A DNA stretch of 60,692 nt, counting the filler, from Basidiobolus ranarum (Eukaryota): NCBI GenBank assembly GCA_040143965.1. It is 4 parts of 4 records of this genome, joined end to end, with 100 filler letters (N's around TTAATTAATTAA, not from the genome) between each part and the next. Parts side by side here need not be neighbours in the genome. Positions count along the whole stretch, not along the records: positions 15,237 to 30,331 come from JASJQH010000393.1; positions 30,432 to 45,518 come from JASJQH010000394.1; 2 more parts are not named here. One strand, written 5' to 3'. Shown here one piece after another: positions 25,288-37,761 of the stretch; position 1 is the stretch's first letter, and every line of letters starts with the position of its first letter. A program made the translations under genes and the position numbers. The notes beneath the pieces are model-generated. The model had not been told where the DNA came from and did not search any database. It saw nothing but the letters and a program-made list of their open reading frames with translations.

Positions 25288-26351
25288 AATTCACGAAATA
25301 TATAGAGAAGGTAACGTCAATAAGCTTGCAGAATGATAACAGCAGTTGTGGAAGTGATGGCAACTAGTACACTTTATGTTCATGCGTCATCGGCTTGATA
25401 TATATATTATCATGTCGAGGATACGAGTAGATTGACCTTCCTAAGTAATCAAAGCGACCATGATGTACAAAGTCAAACATGTAAATAATTAGATCATACA
25501 ACTATGACCACTACCATTTGCGGTATGGTTTCGTAAAGATCTTTTCTCTCTTTCGGACAGTCAATATCAAGACACTATATTGTCTTGAATTAAATGGGAT
25601 TGTATTCGAACGAAATAGCTTTTCTCAGCCATCGTGAGTAGAAAATAGTCGGGTGGAATTTTCTTTTCAAAGCTAATTAATGGAGGCTATTCTATATAAA
25701 TCAATCTGACCTATGAGTCAACATTTTGGAGATACACCTGATCGGATTGATGGTTTCCGGACTCTGGGAGCAGTCGAGTACAACTGAAATGTTTTCTCTC
25801 CGCTACTAGTTAAACATACGCCAAGTGAATGGTTTGACAAGCGCGAATTTGTCAGAATAATTTGTTTGACAATGGATGAAGCTAGTGATGATGCTGGAAT
25901 GTAATGTTGTTGAATACACTGATCTCATTACAACAGGATATGGGTATGTTTGATGATACTTGGGACTTGGCTGCTTAAGTGGATTGATTTTTGTGCTTGA
26001 TTGCAATAGACTATTGAAAGATTTTTGTTGAGATACTTTGTGAATCACTCCACGGTCTAGATAGTGGATTCATGTACAGGGAAAGTCCACTCATGCAATT
26101 TGTGTTGCGAAATATATAGCACTAACATATTTCTTTTCGATTTTATTCTATGGTGACTTTTGAATGACATTTGTGAAATGCTAAATAATGCGGTAAGAGG
26201 GAAAGCGAGGATTTGTAATAGACATCGAAGAGAAGTGATATGGAATAGAGATGGGGTAGAGTAGAGTAGAATAATCAATCCAAGAATTAAATGTATGAAT
26301 GTTTGCCATATGAATGCAAATGATTTACTTTCTCTCTCAAATTAGCCGCAA

Positions 26352-26972
26352 TTAATTCTCCCTCTTCAAGAATTTTTTGAATTCTTTGGGAATGCGGTGA
26401 GATCTGCACTTTTCACGGAAAACTTTGAGACTACGCTCACGAACAATATCCTCGACTACAAGTTCGTTATGGATCATACGACGCTAAAATAGAACCTTCA
26501 TGTTAAACTCTATAATTCCACTGTGACATAAAAGTATAAAATTACCTTGGATTCATCAGTGTAAATACTATCGCGAATATCATAGTCATCGGGATCCTCT
26601 TGCAACTCCTTCTGCTTAATGGCTAACTCTTCGTCCAATACCTAAGGAAATATACAAGGTTACTATAAGGAATGACTTATATTGATAGTAATATCTATTT
26701 ACTGTTAGGCAGTATTGGATGCTCTTTTCACGCTTTTTGTACGCTTCGGAGAGTTGACCAAAGATGGTAGCGCAGGCATTCTCAGAGTGAATGTTGGTGC
26801 TGTTCATTTGAAGCATGATGTTATCATCGATCTTACGAAGACCCTTCATCAAGTCTAAAAAATAAAACTCAATTAAGGCACAATTCAGTTTTGGACTTTA
26901 AAGTTGAACAATACCTTTGAAGTAAGTTAAGTTATAACAAACATTGGGGTTTAGAATCTGTTCTTCAGCCAT
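26352..26972 (-). CDS. MIX23: Mix23/Cid2/CCDC58 family mitochondrial intermembrane-space protein
   Basis: CYNLTYFK..LRKIDDNIMLQMN..C..R...IQYC..NELVVEDIVRERSLKVFREKC over four exons. Confidence 0.88.
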
Positions 26973-27550
26973 GGTAGTCAAAGTGGTAAAAATTTGTATA
27001 CAGAGTAAAGCTACAAGACCAACGATGAAATTTTTCTATAAATTCTCGAACAATTCATTTTTATCAACTCGGATTGAAAATCTATCATAACAAAAATTAT
27101 TCCCTAATACATGTGTTAAAAAGGTAAACAAATATATTATTCCGAACTTTGAATGAGCGCCACTATCAAACTATGAGTATGCGCTCTAGATTTGGATTAT
27201 ATAACAAGAATATCATCGAAAATTTATATCCGTCTGGGGGATTATCTCGCTTATATTATCGGTATTGTAAATGTGTAACAAGATATTGCTGGAAACGAAA
27301 ACAATTTCCGTACAGAATTTCCAAATCTATCTTGACTATTAACCGATATTGGATATTGTCAATGAAAATCCTCCTGCGCAACGTATCGTCATGTTCATGA
27401 TTTTATTGAATGTTATAAACGAGGATGAAGATATTTCAACAGGTTAAACTTGGATTTACTGGACATAGTAAAAATTTATATTATTGGGCTAAATACGATC
27501 AAAGCAGGTCTGAAAAGAATTAATATACACATATTAGAGTGTTTTGATGA

Positions 27551-29077
27551 TTATACATGAATAACTTGTAGTGCATTAGTATGCCCTACACCTGGCTTGC
27601 AGCCTTGAAGTACAATGACAGTGTCGCCTTGCTTTAGTATCTCCAAATCAACTGCTTGTTCCACGGCCCATTGGATACGCTCATCAACGTCTTGCTGCCA
27701 TCTGTTCCCATTTGCTTTTTCTTCACGAGTAAGAGGGCGTTTAGGAAAAACGAACGGATAACAGCCACGATATAAGTGGATTTGACGAGCAGTTTGTGCC
27801 TCGCGAGTAATGGTTAGGATAGGGCAGTGTGGGCGATACTTGGCAACAAGTCGAGCAGAGTTGCCTGATGTAGACAAAACAATAATGGCTTTGGCATCAG
27901 ATTCATAGGCTGCACTGACTGCAGAGCTAGCAACAGTCTCACTAGTGTCAATGGGTGTATCATGAAGGGCGCGCATCTCATTGAACAATGATTGATATGA
28001 GATCACTGACTCTGCAAGTGCAGCTACGTGTGATTGCATCTCAACAGCTTGAATGGGGAATGTTCCCTTGGCAGTCTCTCCTGACAACATCACGCAGTCA
28101 GCTCCGTCAAGAATGGCATTGGCAACATCTGATACTTCCGCACGAGTAGGACGTGGGTTGTATGTCATCGATTCCAACATTTGTGTGGCGCATATCACCG
28201 GCTTGCCTGCTAAGTTACACTTGGCAATCATTGCCTTTTGAGCAATAAACACTCGAGAAACTGGAATCTCAATCCCAAGATCTCCACGAGCAATCATCAC
28301 TCCATCAGTTTCCAGTAGAATATCATCAAAGTTCTCAACTCCTTGGAATGATTCGATCTTTGCGATGATCTTGATGTTCTTTCCTTCCTCTCCAAGAACC
28401 TTGCGAATCTGACGAATATCCCCGCCTGAGCGAATGAACGATGCAAATACCATATCCACTCCTTGCTCAACTCCGAATCTCAAATCATTGATATCCTTCT
28501 CTGATAGAGCAGGAAGGTCAACGTCGGTCTTGGGAAGATTGACTCCTTTGCGGGAGGCGAGCTTACCACTGTTCATGGCACGAACTCTGACAGCATCCTC
28601 GAGTACCTCAACAACCTTAAACGACATAATACCATCATCGATAAATATGGTCTTGCCAACCTCGATAACCTTTGGCAAGTTCTTGTAGTCGACATATATC
28701 ACCTCACCAGTACCAGCTTCTTTGTATTGCTCGTCAGTGGAGAAAGTCATTTCGTGACCAGTCTTGAACTCTACTTCTTGGTCATTTTGCATAAGACCAG
28801 TACGAATTTCAGGGCCCTTGGTGTCCAAGGCAATAGCAACAGGTCTACCATGCAACTCCTCCATAGATTTGCGAGTGTTTGAGATCACTGAAGCGTGATA
28901 ATCGTAGGAACCATGAGAGAAGTTCATACGAACAATATTCATACCAGCCTTTCTCAAAGCATTTATCATTGGGACGGTGTTAGTTTTGGGACCAATTGTA
29001 CAAATAATTGAAGATTTACGAAGGGTGGGCTCAACATCAACATTGAAACCTGAAAGCCAACCAAGTTCACTATTCAT
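27551..29077 (-). CDS. CDC19: Pyruvate kinase (intronless, complete)
   Basis: [63 protein letters not shown]. Confidence 0.98.
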   Translation of the reverse strand: MNSELGWLSGFNVDVEPTLRKSSIICTIGPKTNTVPMINALRKAGMNIVRMNFSHGSYDYHASVISNTRKSMEELHGRPVAIALDTKGPEIRTGLMQNDQEVEFKTGHEMTFSTDEQYKEAGTGEVIYVDYKNLPKVIEVGKTIFIDDGIMSFKVVEVLEDAVRVRAMNSGKLASRKGVNLPKTDVDLPALSEKDINDLRFGVEQGVDMVFASFIRSGGDIRQIRKVLGEEGKNIKIIAKIESFQGVENFDDILLETDGVMIARGDLGIEIPVSRVFIAQKAMIAKCNLAGKPVICATQMLESMTYNPRPTRAEVSDVANAILDGADCVMLSGETAKGTFPIQAVEMQSHVAALAESVISYQSLFNEMRALHDTPIDTSETVASSAVSAAYESDAKAIIVLSTSGNSARLVAKYRPHCPILTITREAQTARQIHLYRGCYPFVFPKRPLTREEKANGNRWQQDVDERIQWAVEQAVDLEILKQGDTVIVLQGCKPGVGHTNALQVIHV

Positions 29078-29997
29078 TTTGAGTTATAATTGTAATGTAA
29101 AGCAGAGTAGTAAAGTAACTAAATATTTTAAAGAAATAGTACAGCGTTAAAAGAAAAAGTAAGAAATATTGTTATGTTACCTATTAAATACCAAGTCACA
29201 GAATCAAGTGACAGATAATCATAAATATATAGATCGAGTAATTTACAATCAATATCAATCTCATAGTATAGATGGCGTAGATAGCACAAGATGTCACCCC
29301 GCACTATAATTCTCCTTCCCCATAAATCAGCAAAAAAATATTCAGTTTTGTCAAAACATATCCCCCTCGGCAGGGGCAAGCGATACAAATGCTATATACA
29401 TCGTGCCAAATGGGGAATCCTATCCCAATACAGAACTGAGCATCGAATGAAGGTTAAATTGGTTGGATATCACGTTCCATTTCCCTTTGCCGATAACCAT
29501 CCAATTGTGACGCAATCTCGAATCAATAATGGAAACTGGGTGAGATCCGATAAGGCGATGGCTAATCAGTAGATCTACTGTAACTCCTTACTTGCATGTA
29601 AAGCATTGTTACCCAAGATCGACGTGCACCATATTCCGCTTTAGCCATTGAGTGGAATTAGGGTAGAATTTGGGTTATACACATATATCTTTCCATCTAT
29701 GTGGCGCACACTTATCAACATCACATGAATTTCGTTTTACTCCCATATTGACTGTGGCTGAATAGAATCAAGTCTTGTGGCAACACATCAATGCACCCCT
29801 CAGCACATGAAAGAATATTCGAATATCAAAGTATTTATTATGCTCCATATAAGCGGCCAGTCAAGCATACAAGGGTAGCTCGACTATTTTAGGTCGATAA
29901 GAATTGTTCTATATTTTTGACAAGTGTGAAATTCTGATAAATATTACAAATTAATATGGGCTAAGGGTATTTACTTATATCATCGAGATATAAAATT

Positions 29998-30331
29998 TCA
30001 AGCAGAGATAACTTGCATGGAGTTGGTATGACCGACGCCAGGTTTGCCACCTTGGATTACAACGACAGTATCACCGCGCTTGAGAATATTCATCTCAAGA
30101 GCTTGTTCGATACCCCATTGAATACGTTCATCGACATCCTGTTGCCATTTATCAGAGTCAGCTAGCTCTTCGGGAGTCAAACAACTCTTGGGATAATTGA
30201 ATGGATAGCAACCACGATGCAAGTGGATTTGACGAGCAGTTTGTGCCTCGCGAGTAATGGTTAGGATAGGGCAGTGTGGGCGATACTTGGCAACAAGTCG
30301 AGCAGAGTTGCCTGATGTAGACAAAACAATA
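29998..30331 (-). CDS. Second pyruvate kinase gene, C-terminal part only (cut by contig end)
   Basis: [19 protein letters not shown]...[12 protein letters not shown]...GHTNSMQVISA*. Confidence 0.92.
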
Positions 30332-30431
30332 NNNNNNNNNNNNNNNNNNNNNNNNNNNNNNNNNNNNNNNNNNNNTTAATTAATTAANNNNNNNNNNNNN
30401 NNNNNNNNNNNNNNNNNNNNNNNNNNNNNNN
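30332..30431. other. Artificial contig spacer
   Basis: 44 N + TTAATTAATTAA + 44 N. Confidence 0.97.
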
Positions 30432-32924
30432 CGAACACGCAGAGCGGAGATTCTCGGCTTCTGTGGGGGAGGTGTTAAGTAGCAACGACATCGTTCGAGC
30501 GGCACACATCTCTGAAGGTCAATATTTACTATCATCAAATACAATTGATCTGCGGATATTAATCTTGCCTGACTTTAGATCTCTCGATCAATGGTGACTT
30601 AGAGGAGGATATCTTCTCAGGTGATACGAGGAGGTGGTCTTGTCCATCCGGGAAACTTCGATCTTGTGATGATCTCTTGGCAGAAAAGCGAGCTTATGTA
30701 GGACTCCTAAGGCACCAGTCAGTTAAAAGATCTGATATCTTTGGAGTCAATAAGTTGCCATCCACACCCAGAGACAAATCACCCAATGTCAAAATTCATA
30801 CCATATTTCAAAACAAAATCTCACTCAACTACTTTCGGGAGTTCTGTTTGAAAGTGCATGCGTTGGAAAACTTGCACTTCTGGATAGAAGTGGAGGTTTA
30901 CAGATGTACAAAGTCCTCTTTAGTCTCGGTCATTGCAGATTACCTGTACAAGGTATATATCGCTCAAGATGGACCATTACGAATCAACATACCAGAAGAA
31001 ATTAGAAAAACTATCCCCATACCCAGGCTCTCGCCAGAGTCCCTTCCCAATATCAATATATTTGATGAGGCACAAGAGTATGTTTTTGATCTCTTAGTTC
31101 AGTATATAATCCCACAATTTGAGGCTAGTGACCTTTACACCAAACTCGTACGTGATAGAACTACAGGTAAGGGGATTTGTTTAGGACAATTTCAAGAATT
31201 CTTTTAATCAAAGTTTCACTCTCTCAGACTCTGCAAACTTTGAACTGGCTTACATGGGTGAACCTGTTACCAAATGGTTACAGTTTGATATAGGTACGGT
31301 GGCTAACGTAATGGATATTATTAGTAAATACCGAGAAAGTAAGCTCAACATGAGATACTCGCTGCAAGAACGTGAGAATATACTTGAGCAAGTTACGAAT
31401 CAAATGTTTTCACCTATTACGATGTCTTCATACTATACCACACCACGATACCCGGCTTCAGAGCACAGCGGTAAAAAGATGATGTTGAAGAAGAAGCTGG
31501 CCAAACTTCTAGGGCAAAGATCCATGGAGAAGCAAACTATCCAGCAATTTATAGACGAATCGGTATTGACATGCACGTCTTCACTCATTTCAACAAAAGA
31601 AAAGGACCATATTCCGGCCGATAATGACAAAAACACATTGAAAAAGAAAAAGATTGAAAAATTGGAGAAGTTAGAGGGATTCTTTGGGAAAAAACTCTCT
31701 AATAGCCAACTAGCACATCAGAATTTAGTAAACTCCGTGGAGGAACCAAAGTTCAGTGATATAATCGAACCACCTGGATCCCTCACTCTATGCCCCTTGG
31801 TTACTTATAATGATCTCTCTCCAGAGGAGCGTCGTCTCTTAACGAAACGTACACGAAAACTTAAACTTTTATTTGGTGAGCCAATGGATGAGCAATTGGT
31901 CTCTAAATCATTAACAAATCCAATTATAGCTCAGAAACTACTAACTGATGATTCTGAGAAGAGTTTGTTTTACAATTTTGAATCGCATGTTACAGAATCT
32001 GAAGATTTTGAAATCCATCCAAATGAAAAAAGGTTGATGTCAAGGCGCAATTCCAAGGAAATCAAACGAAAAAAGCTAGGAAAACTTTACCAACTCTTGG
32101 GGGTATATCCCTCATCAAATGAAATTGAAAAAGGCACTCCTCCAGTTGGTGACGTTAAGGAAACGTTGATACACCGGAACGCAAAAACTGCACCTCCTGA
32201 GATTCGTAAATTACAGTTAAAACGAGCCAACAAGCTTGAGAAAGTATTCGGTCAACATCCGCCCAAGGAATTCATCACAGTAAACAAAGAAACCGAGCTG
32301 CCCTTTCAAAAACGCTCCTCTGTTGTGTCTAATCTGTTGGACGCTGAAGATTCAGTTGAGGATATGGTACATTATCTCGAGATTCTGTCAGCAATGAATG
32401 ATGAGTCAACAGACAACTCTGGCGTATTATCCTCAGATAACTTGGATGATGAGAGTAACGAAGAAATATCCGAAGATAATACAAGTCAGGATAGCATTCT
32501 TGAAACAAACAAATCAACTCGTCAAAAAAAACTCTCAAAATTACGCCGGTTCTTTGGTAACGATCTTGGTTTAGAATCATTAATCGCGCAAAATATTCTT
32601 CTTCGCCGAGAACTCGTGGCTGAAAGCATATACGATATAGGTGAAGATAGCGAGATATATGGACAGCATCTAAACGCTTTCAGGTTTGGTAGAGATGAAG
32701 CGTCTGAAATGTATATCCGTAATGCAATGAAAAATGATTTAGAGCAATTGCGCCGGGAAGTTCAAGAACTACATCGGTTGAATTCCCATAATTCTTCTCA
32801 AAACAGTTTTATGAAACGCCTAACTCGAACAACCACCATTTCTCGTCCGAATACTTTACTATCACGACATTCAATAGCAAGCACAGATAGCAAAAACTCT
32901 GACTTAAAGTACAAGGAAGGATAG
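30432..32924 (+). CDS. 5'-truncated RGS-domain protein with repeated KLxx(F/L)(F/L)G motifs and C-terminal coiled coil
   Basis: YFREFCLKVHALENLHFWIEVEVY..LYKVYI..GPLRINI..IFDEAQEYVFDLL..IPQFEASDLY; introns near 30518-30578 and 31167-31228. Confidence 0.85.
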
Positions 32925-33341
32925 GTACAGTGTTTCCTTAAAGGATGTGACTGTGTATATTTTTCACTTACTGTCTACACACTGGTGGTCATTCCTTTAG
33001 AAAACTCATGTATACTATGAAATGATTGGTTTTTATATTTTCATATCATTCATTTTCAAGAACATTTACTGCAACTAGTCTCCACCCTTGAACCTTTCGA
33101 ATATAATTTCAACGTTGACCTTTACATTTTATTTTCTATCGAAGAGTATGTTTTTTTAAACCAAGGGAATAACCTTACACGACACCTTCAATCCATACAG
33201 CATGTTAATATTAGAATTTACGTATGGCCATTTCACTAAAAAATTACAATTGATTCAATCAAAAAAATAAGAAATTGGATGTGTATTGAAAGTCAATTTA
33301 CTAGGCTGCCCTAAAGATAATCATGAAAAGATCCAGTGTAA

Positions 33342-34259
33342 TCATGTAACCCTAGTGGGTGTAGGTCTAGTGATTGCATCTACTTTGCATGTAAATTGTG
33401 GAGAATTAGGGCCAAATCTCTCCACTGTTTCCGTACCTATCGATATAGCAGTTGTCTCAACTCCACTACCACCAAATCTCTCCAGTAGATTTGATGAATC
33501 GACATATTCCAAGATTTTCGTGCGGTACTCGTTCTCTTTCCATATACGTATCTTTTGTGCGGTCACTGGATCTATGAAGGGCTTAATGCACTGCCACAAG
33601 GAAGTTAACAGAAACGAGGATGGAAAAACAAATATGCTTTTCAGGCGCTCAGGGAAATGTCGTTGGAAAATTGGAAATGCTTCTTTAGCGAGACCAAGAT
33701 CGGTATTAGCTTTAGTTGCATGGGAACGATCATAAATGATGGTTATTTTATCGGTTAAAATCCCCTCTTGCTCTGCTTTAACTAGAATCCAAACATAAAA
33801 ACGTATTTCACGACTACGTTCTGCCACATTAACCAGGTGTTTACAGCTTCTCCATATCAAAATTGGAGTCCCGTCTTTGGCATTTCCGTGGAAAAAGACT
33901 TTTTGCGCTCCGATAAGATCGGAAAAATCTTCTTCAAGTATGCTATCATAACGAAAGCTCTGTCGCCAGCGCTATATAGAAATAGAGTCAATTTGATAAG
34001 TATCCCTCCATGTTGATGATTAAAGCTGAAGCATTAATCTCACCATTGTATCTGCTATATTGTGGGAGTTCTCTTTGAAATTCCCTTTATTGCCATACCA
34101 GAACCGAGTGACATCTTTTTGCGTCAGTGTACATGCTTGAGGAACTTCAGAAAGAATATTCTCTAGTGTTGTCTAAAAAGTTGATGAATCAGCAGTTGGA
34201 AACCGTAATAAGTGGTAAACAAATGTTAAGAGTACCGAATCAAGGGCTGGAATATTCAT
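33342..34259 (-). CDS. CRAL-TRIO (Sec14-like) lipid-binding protein
   Basis: Three exons: MNIPALDS / ..DVTRFWYGNKGN..DTM / RWRQ..FFHGNAKDGTPILI..FQRHFPERL..WQCIKPFIDPVTAQKI..LLERFGG. Confidence 0.88.
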
Positions 34260-35230
34260 CACCAAGTACGAATGAGCAGTTAGACAAATTTCACACCTCG
34301 ATATCCAGGAGATATGCTATGGATCTCTACTATGATGGCTGTAACTTATATAGGATTATTTGCAGCGTGTAATGCGGGTGGCTACAACCTCGGAGAGCAG
34401 TATCACAGCCATCACTCAAGTCACAAATCAAGCATAGAAAAATCCCTTTTTCGTCATTTCATCCAACTAAAACTGGTAGATGGCGTAAGTCGTGGATCAT
34501 TACAATAGACATCATGGTGATCGCTTCTTGGCTGTTTTTGCTTACAATATTGAGTATTGGTCTCTACTAGCAATTCTTTATCCCTTCTAAAAATAGTTCT
34601 AACACGAAGCTCATGGGAAACATCTCTAGGCTCTTTCAACTACGAAACCATGAGTTAATACCTGATTGAAGACCAGATCACATGACTAGCTCCGCTTAGA
34701 TCCAATCATTTCTGATATTGGCATCAGAGAGTTCCTTCTTGGCATCTCACATTTCATGATCTACCTATGGAACACTTCACAGGCGATCATTACCGCATCA
34801 GTATGTATGGATATTGCTTATCCTCCAATTGGATAGTGATTTTAGTGTCCTGCTGAGAGGAATTTACATCATCAATACACTAACCTCCCTGACTATGAAA
34901 GCAATCAAAGAATGTAGCAAAGAATTCAGGGGAATCATATTATATTCATCTGACAAAGCAAACCACTTGGGATCATTACCCAGAGCAGCTCTCAAATTCC
35001 ACACTCTACATATGTTTTGGAACAATAACGTGACTCTAAAGGAACTCTGATACTGAATGCGTCAACGTCGACGATTATCAGAAGTTGAAGAGATTCCGCC
35101 ACAACAAGTGCCTATGAGCAAGACCTTCGTACTGTAATTTACCTCAGTATAAACTCAATGAAAGCAAGTTACATAGTATTTGGTTTATCAGCCATCAACT
35201 ACCGTTTACTACTATCCCTATGATGTGTAT

Positions 35231-35468
35231 TGTTGAAATTAGCATGGAATTCACTTAGAAGTTCTCAGATATATAGATTTTTCAAAGAAGCCTCAAACTT
35301 TGCATACATGTTCTTGGGACCTTCCTTAACACATTCTACACGTTTGTTTGTTTACTTCTTGACAAAACTATAAATGACAATTCTCTATTCAATAAATCAA
35401 TATGTGAAAACCATCAATTCTTCTAGTTCTCCAAGCCACTTCCAACAAACTCCCAAAATACTTCAACA
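35231..35468 (-). mobile_element. Solo LTR, internally deleted, with perfect 5-bp target-site duplication
   Basis: TGTTGAA...TTCAACA termini; TGTAT on both flanks; reverse complement matches the copies at 45132, 49769 and 50164. Confidence 0.85.
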
Positions 35469-37761
35469 TGTATTTCACCGTATTAGCAATCTATAGTAAG
35501 AAATGATTGTTGCTGGCAGTACCTCGCATTCAACACCAAACGCTAAAGGAGTGGTCTATTTAGCATCACCTGGATAAGCCTTCCTTTCTAAACCGCGGCT
35601 ATAAAGCTGTGGTCGCCAAGGAATTAGCTACATGTTGGGAGAAGCACAAAAGTAGGATAGGCTGAATAATTTTTGAATACAGTCTTGTCTAAATATGTAG
35701 TTATGTGATCATGGCTCTATTTGCCTCACAATGAAGATACTATACATTTCATAATTGTTCTAGTTTCTGTCATTATTGGAACATTCGTTACCTACACTCC
35801 AGGGGATAGCTTAAAGGTCGATCTTGACTGAATGCTCATTCTCTATATTATTTCAACATTCTTGTCTACTCTCTGCGTTACTACTAGCATTTTTCTTAGC
35901 TTTAATCCAGCTATTTTTTATGATTTTTGTGCGCTCATCCTGATAGTTTCTTCACCTATCGTGCAACCATCTCTTGATAGAGGAATACCAGACATTTGCA
36001 TACTGCCCCTGGAAGACACAGTGCATACAAGTTGTGAGCAATGTTGTAAGCTACCATATCTCTCAAAACTACCTCATTTCTAAATTACTTGAGATGATTC
36101 TTATGCGGCAAGATCTCCATTTATCTGGCATATAACATGAGGTTGACCCTTAATGTACAATTCTCATTCTAGCTAGAGACTGTTTATCTCAGTAGAATTA
36201 GTTTTATATTCGTAAACTTTGCTATTTCTACAAATATTTGTACGTTTTGTCTCCAGGATGCTGACTGCTTATAGTTGCTTTAGAGTTACGGAAATTAAGT
36301 GATATGTGGTGTTGATTCATCTACACGTGCATGCTTTGTTGACTTGAATGCACTAACATCTCAATTTGTGAACTATGATTCAGACATCCATGCTATAAAC
36401 AGAAGAGTCTCATTAATGCAAATTTCGATGATACTACGAAACTTCAATCCGCTGAACTCACCTGTCTGCAACATGTGTATAATCAGGATGTCAGTATATT
36501 AATTTGTAACACTAACTTCTTGCGCAACTCTCAATATTAACAACAGCCATTTATTGAGCCTTGAAGAAGGGATTTTTGTATAACACCCTGGCCACGAATA
36601 ACAAGGGGCAAACCAGTTTATTAGAAAGTCAATATTTTCGGTGGGGAAAGCAGAGAAACATTTATAGCCAAATATTAAACTCAGCTCCAGTCAGGGAAAT
36701 TCTTAAGCCTACATGCACCAGTCTCTCAACAATCTCTGAGTCATTAATAGCGAGATATGGCAGTTATCGTAGCCTTGTAATACTCTTTGCAACCTATACC
36801 AGTATCCACCGCCTAACAGATTTAGTACATCGTTGTCATTGTATTGTGAGAAACTGGAGTAAATCTAAAGATTGAGATTTGGTCTGCAATTCATTTAAAT
36901 ACCCTCGCTTTGTTGTGTGATAGTCGGTCACATCACACACCTCGAGTGCAGTCTTGAACATAGTCTGAGCATCGTTCTACTTTCCCCTCAATCGACACCC
37001 TATAATATATAGACACTACTACTATTCAGTCATTGATTCGACGGATATCTCAATGCTAACAGAATATATGAATTATTACTGGCTGGGTTTGATTCAATTG
37101 ATGGTAGCTTAGTTATCTGGTTTCAACTCGGTAGTCGGAAGCATCCTCAATATAGGTACGTGGGTACCCTACCAAGAGTCGCTTGAATTGTGCAGTCATT
37201 AACGCATATGAAGGCCTGTATGATAACGCCTCACATTCACTAGATTAGAGTTCAATCAAATACCTCAAGCTTTGCACAGATCTTGCAGAGCACGCGAGTC
37301 TCAATGTACCCCTAAACGATATCAACCTCGAAACTATTCAAATATTAGCTTGAAAGGGGTTGCTTTCACGAAATTAATTATGAGATGAATGCAATTTAAG
37401 CACCGTTGATTCATTGGCCAGCAACTCCATCAAAAGAGTGCTCCAATTGTTTATGGTAATCTATACAGTTCAAATCAAAGACTGGCATGTTTATTTGGGT
37501 TCAGAATTAGGGCTCTGATTTTATCTCACTTGTACAAAGTATACAATTGTGACACAGTCTTCTCAACTGTACATGGCTTTTCTAATCTGGTTGGTCGACA
37601 TTAGTAGTAAACTCGCATTTTCTCCGCAAACCCTTTGTCTATAGTTTACGTATCAAACTTCAACTTCAACCTTAACCGTTCTAGTATATTAACAACCAGA
37701 CAAGTACTGTACTGAGCTAAAGGTTGATACTCTAAAGATCCTTAAAGTAATAGAACAAAAT

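Noticed and set aside
34400-37700. 3.3-kb gene-free region with short ORFs
   Set aside because: Apart from the solo LTR, no ORF has recognisable motifs or a consistent splice structure; may be decayed TE sequence but I cannot support that
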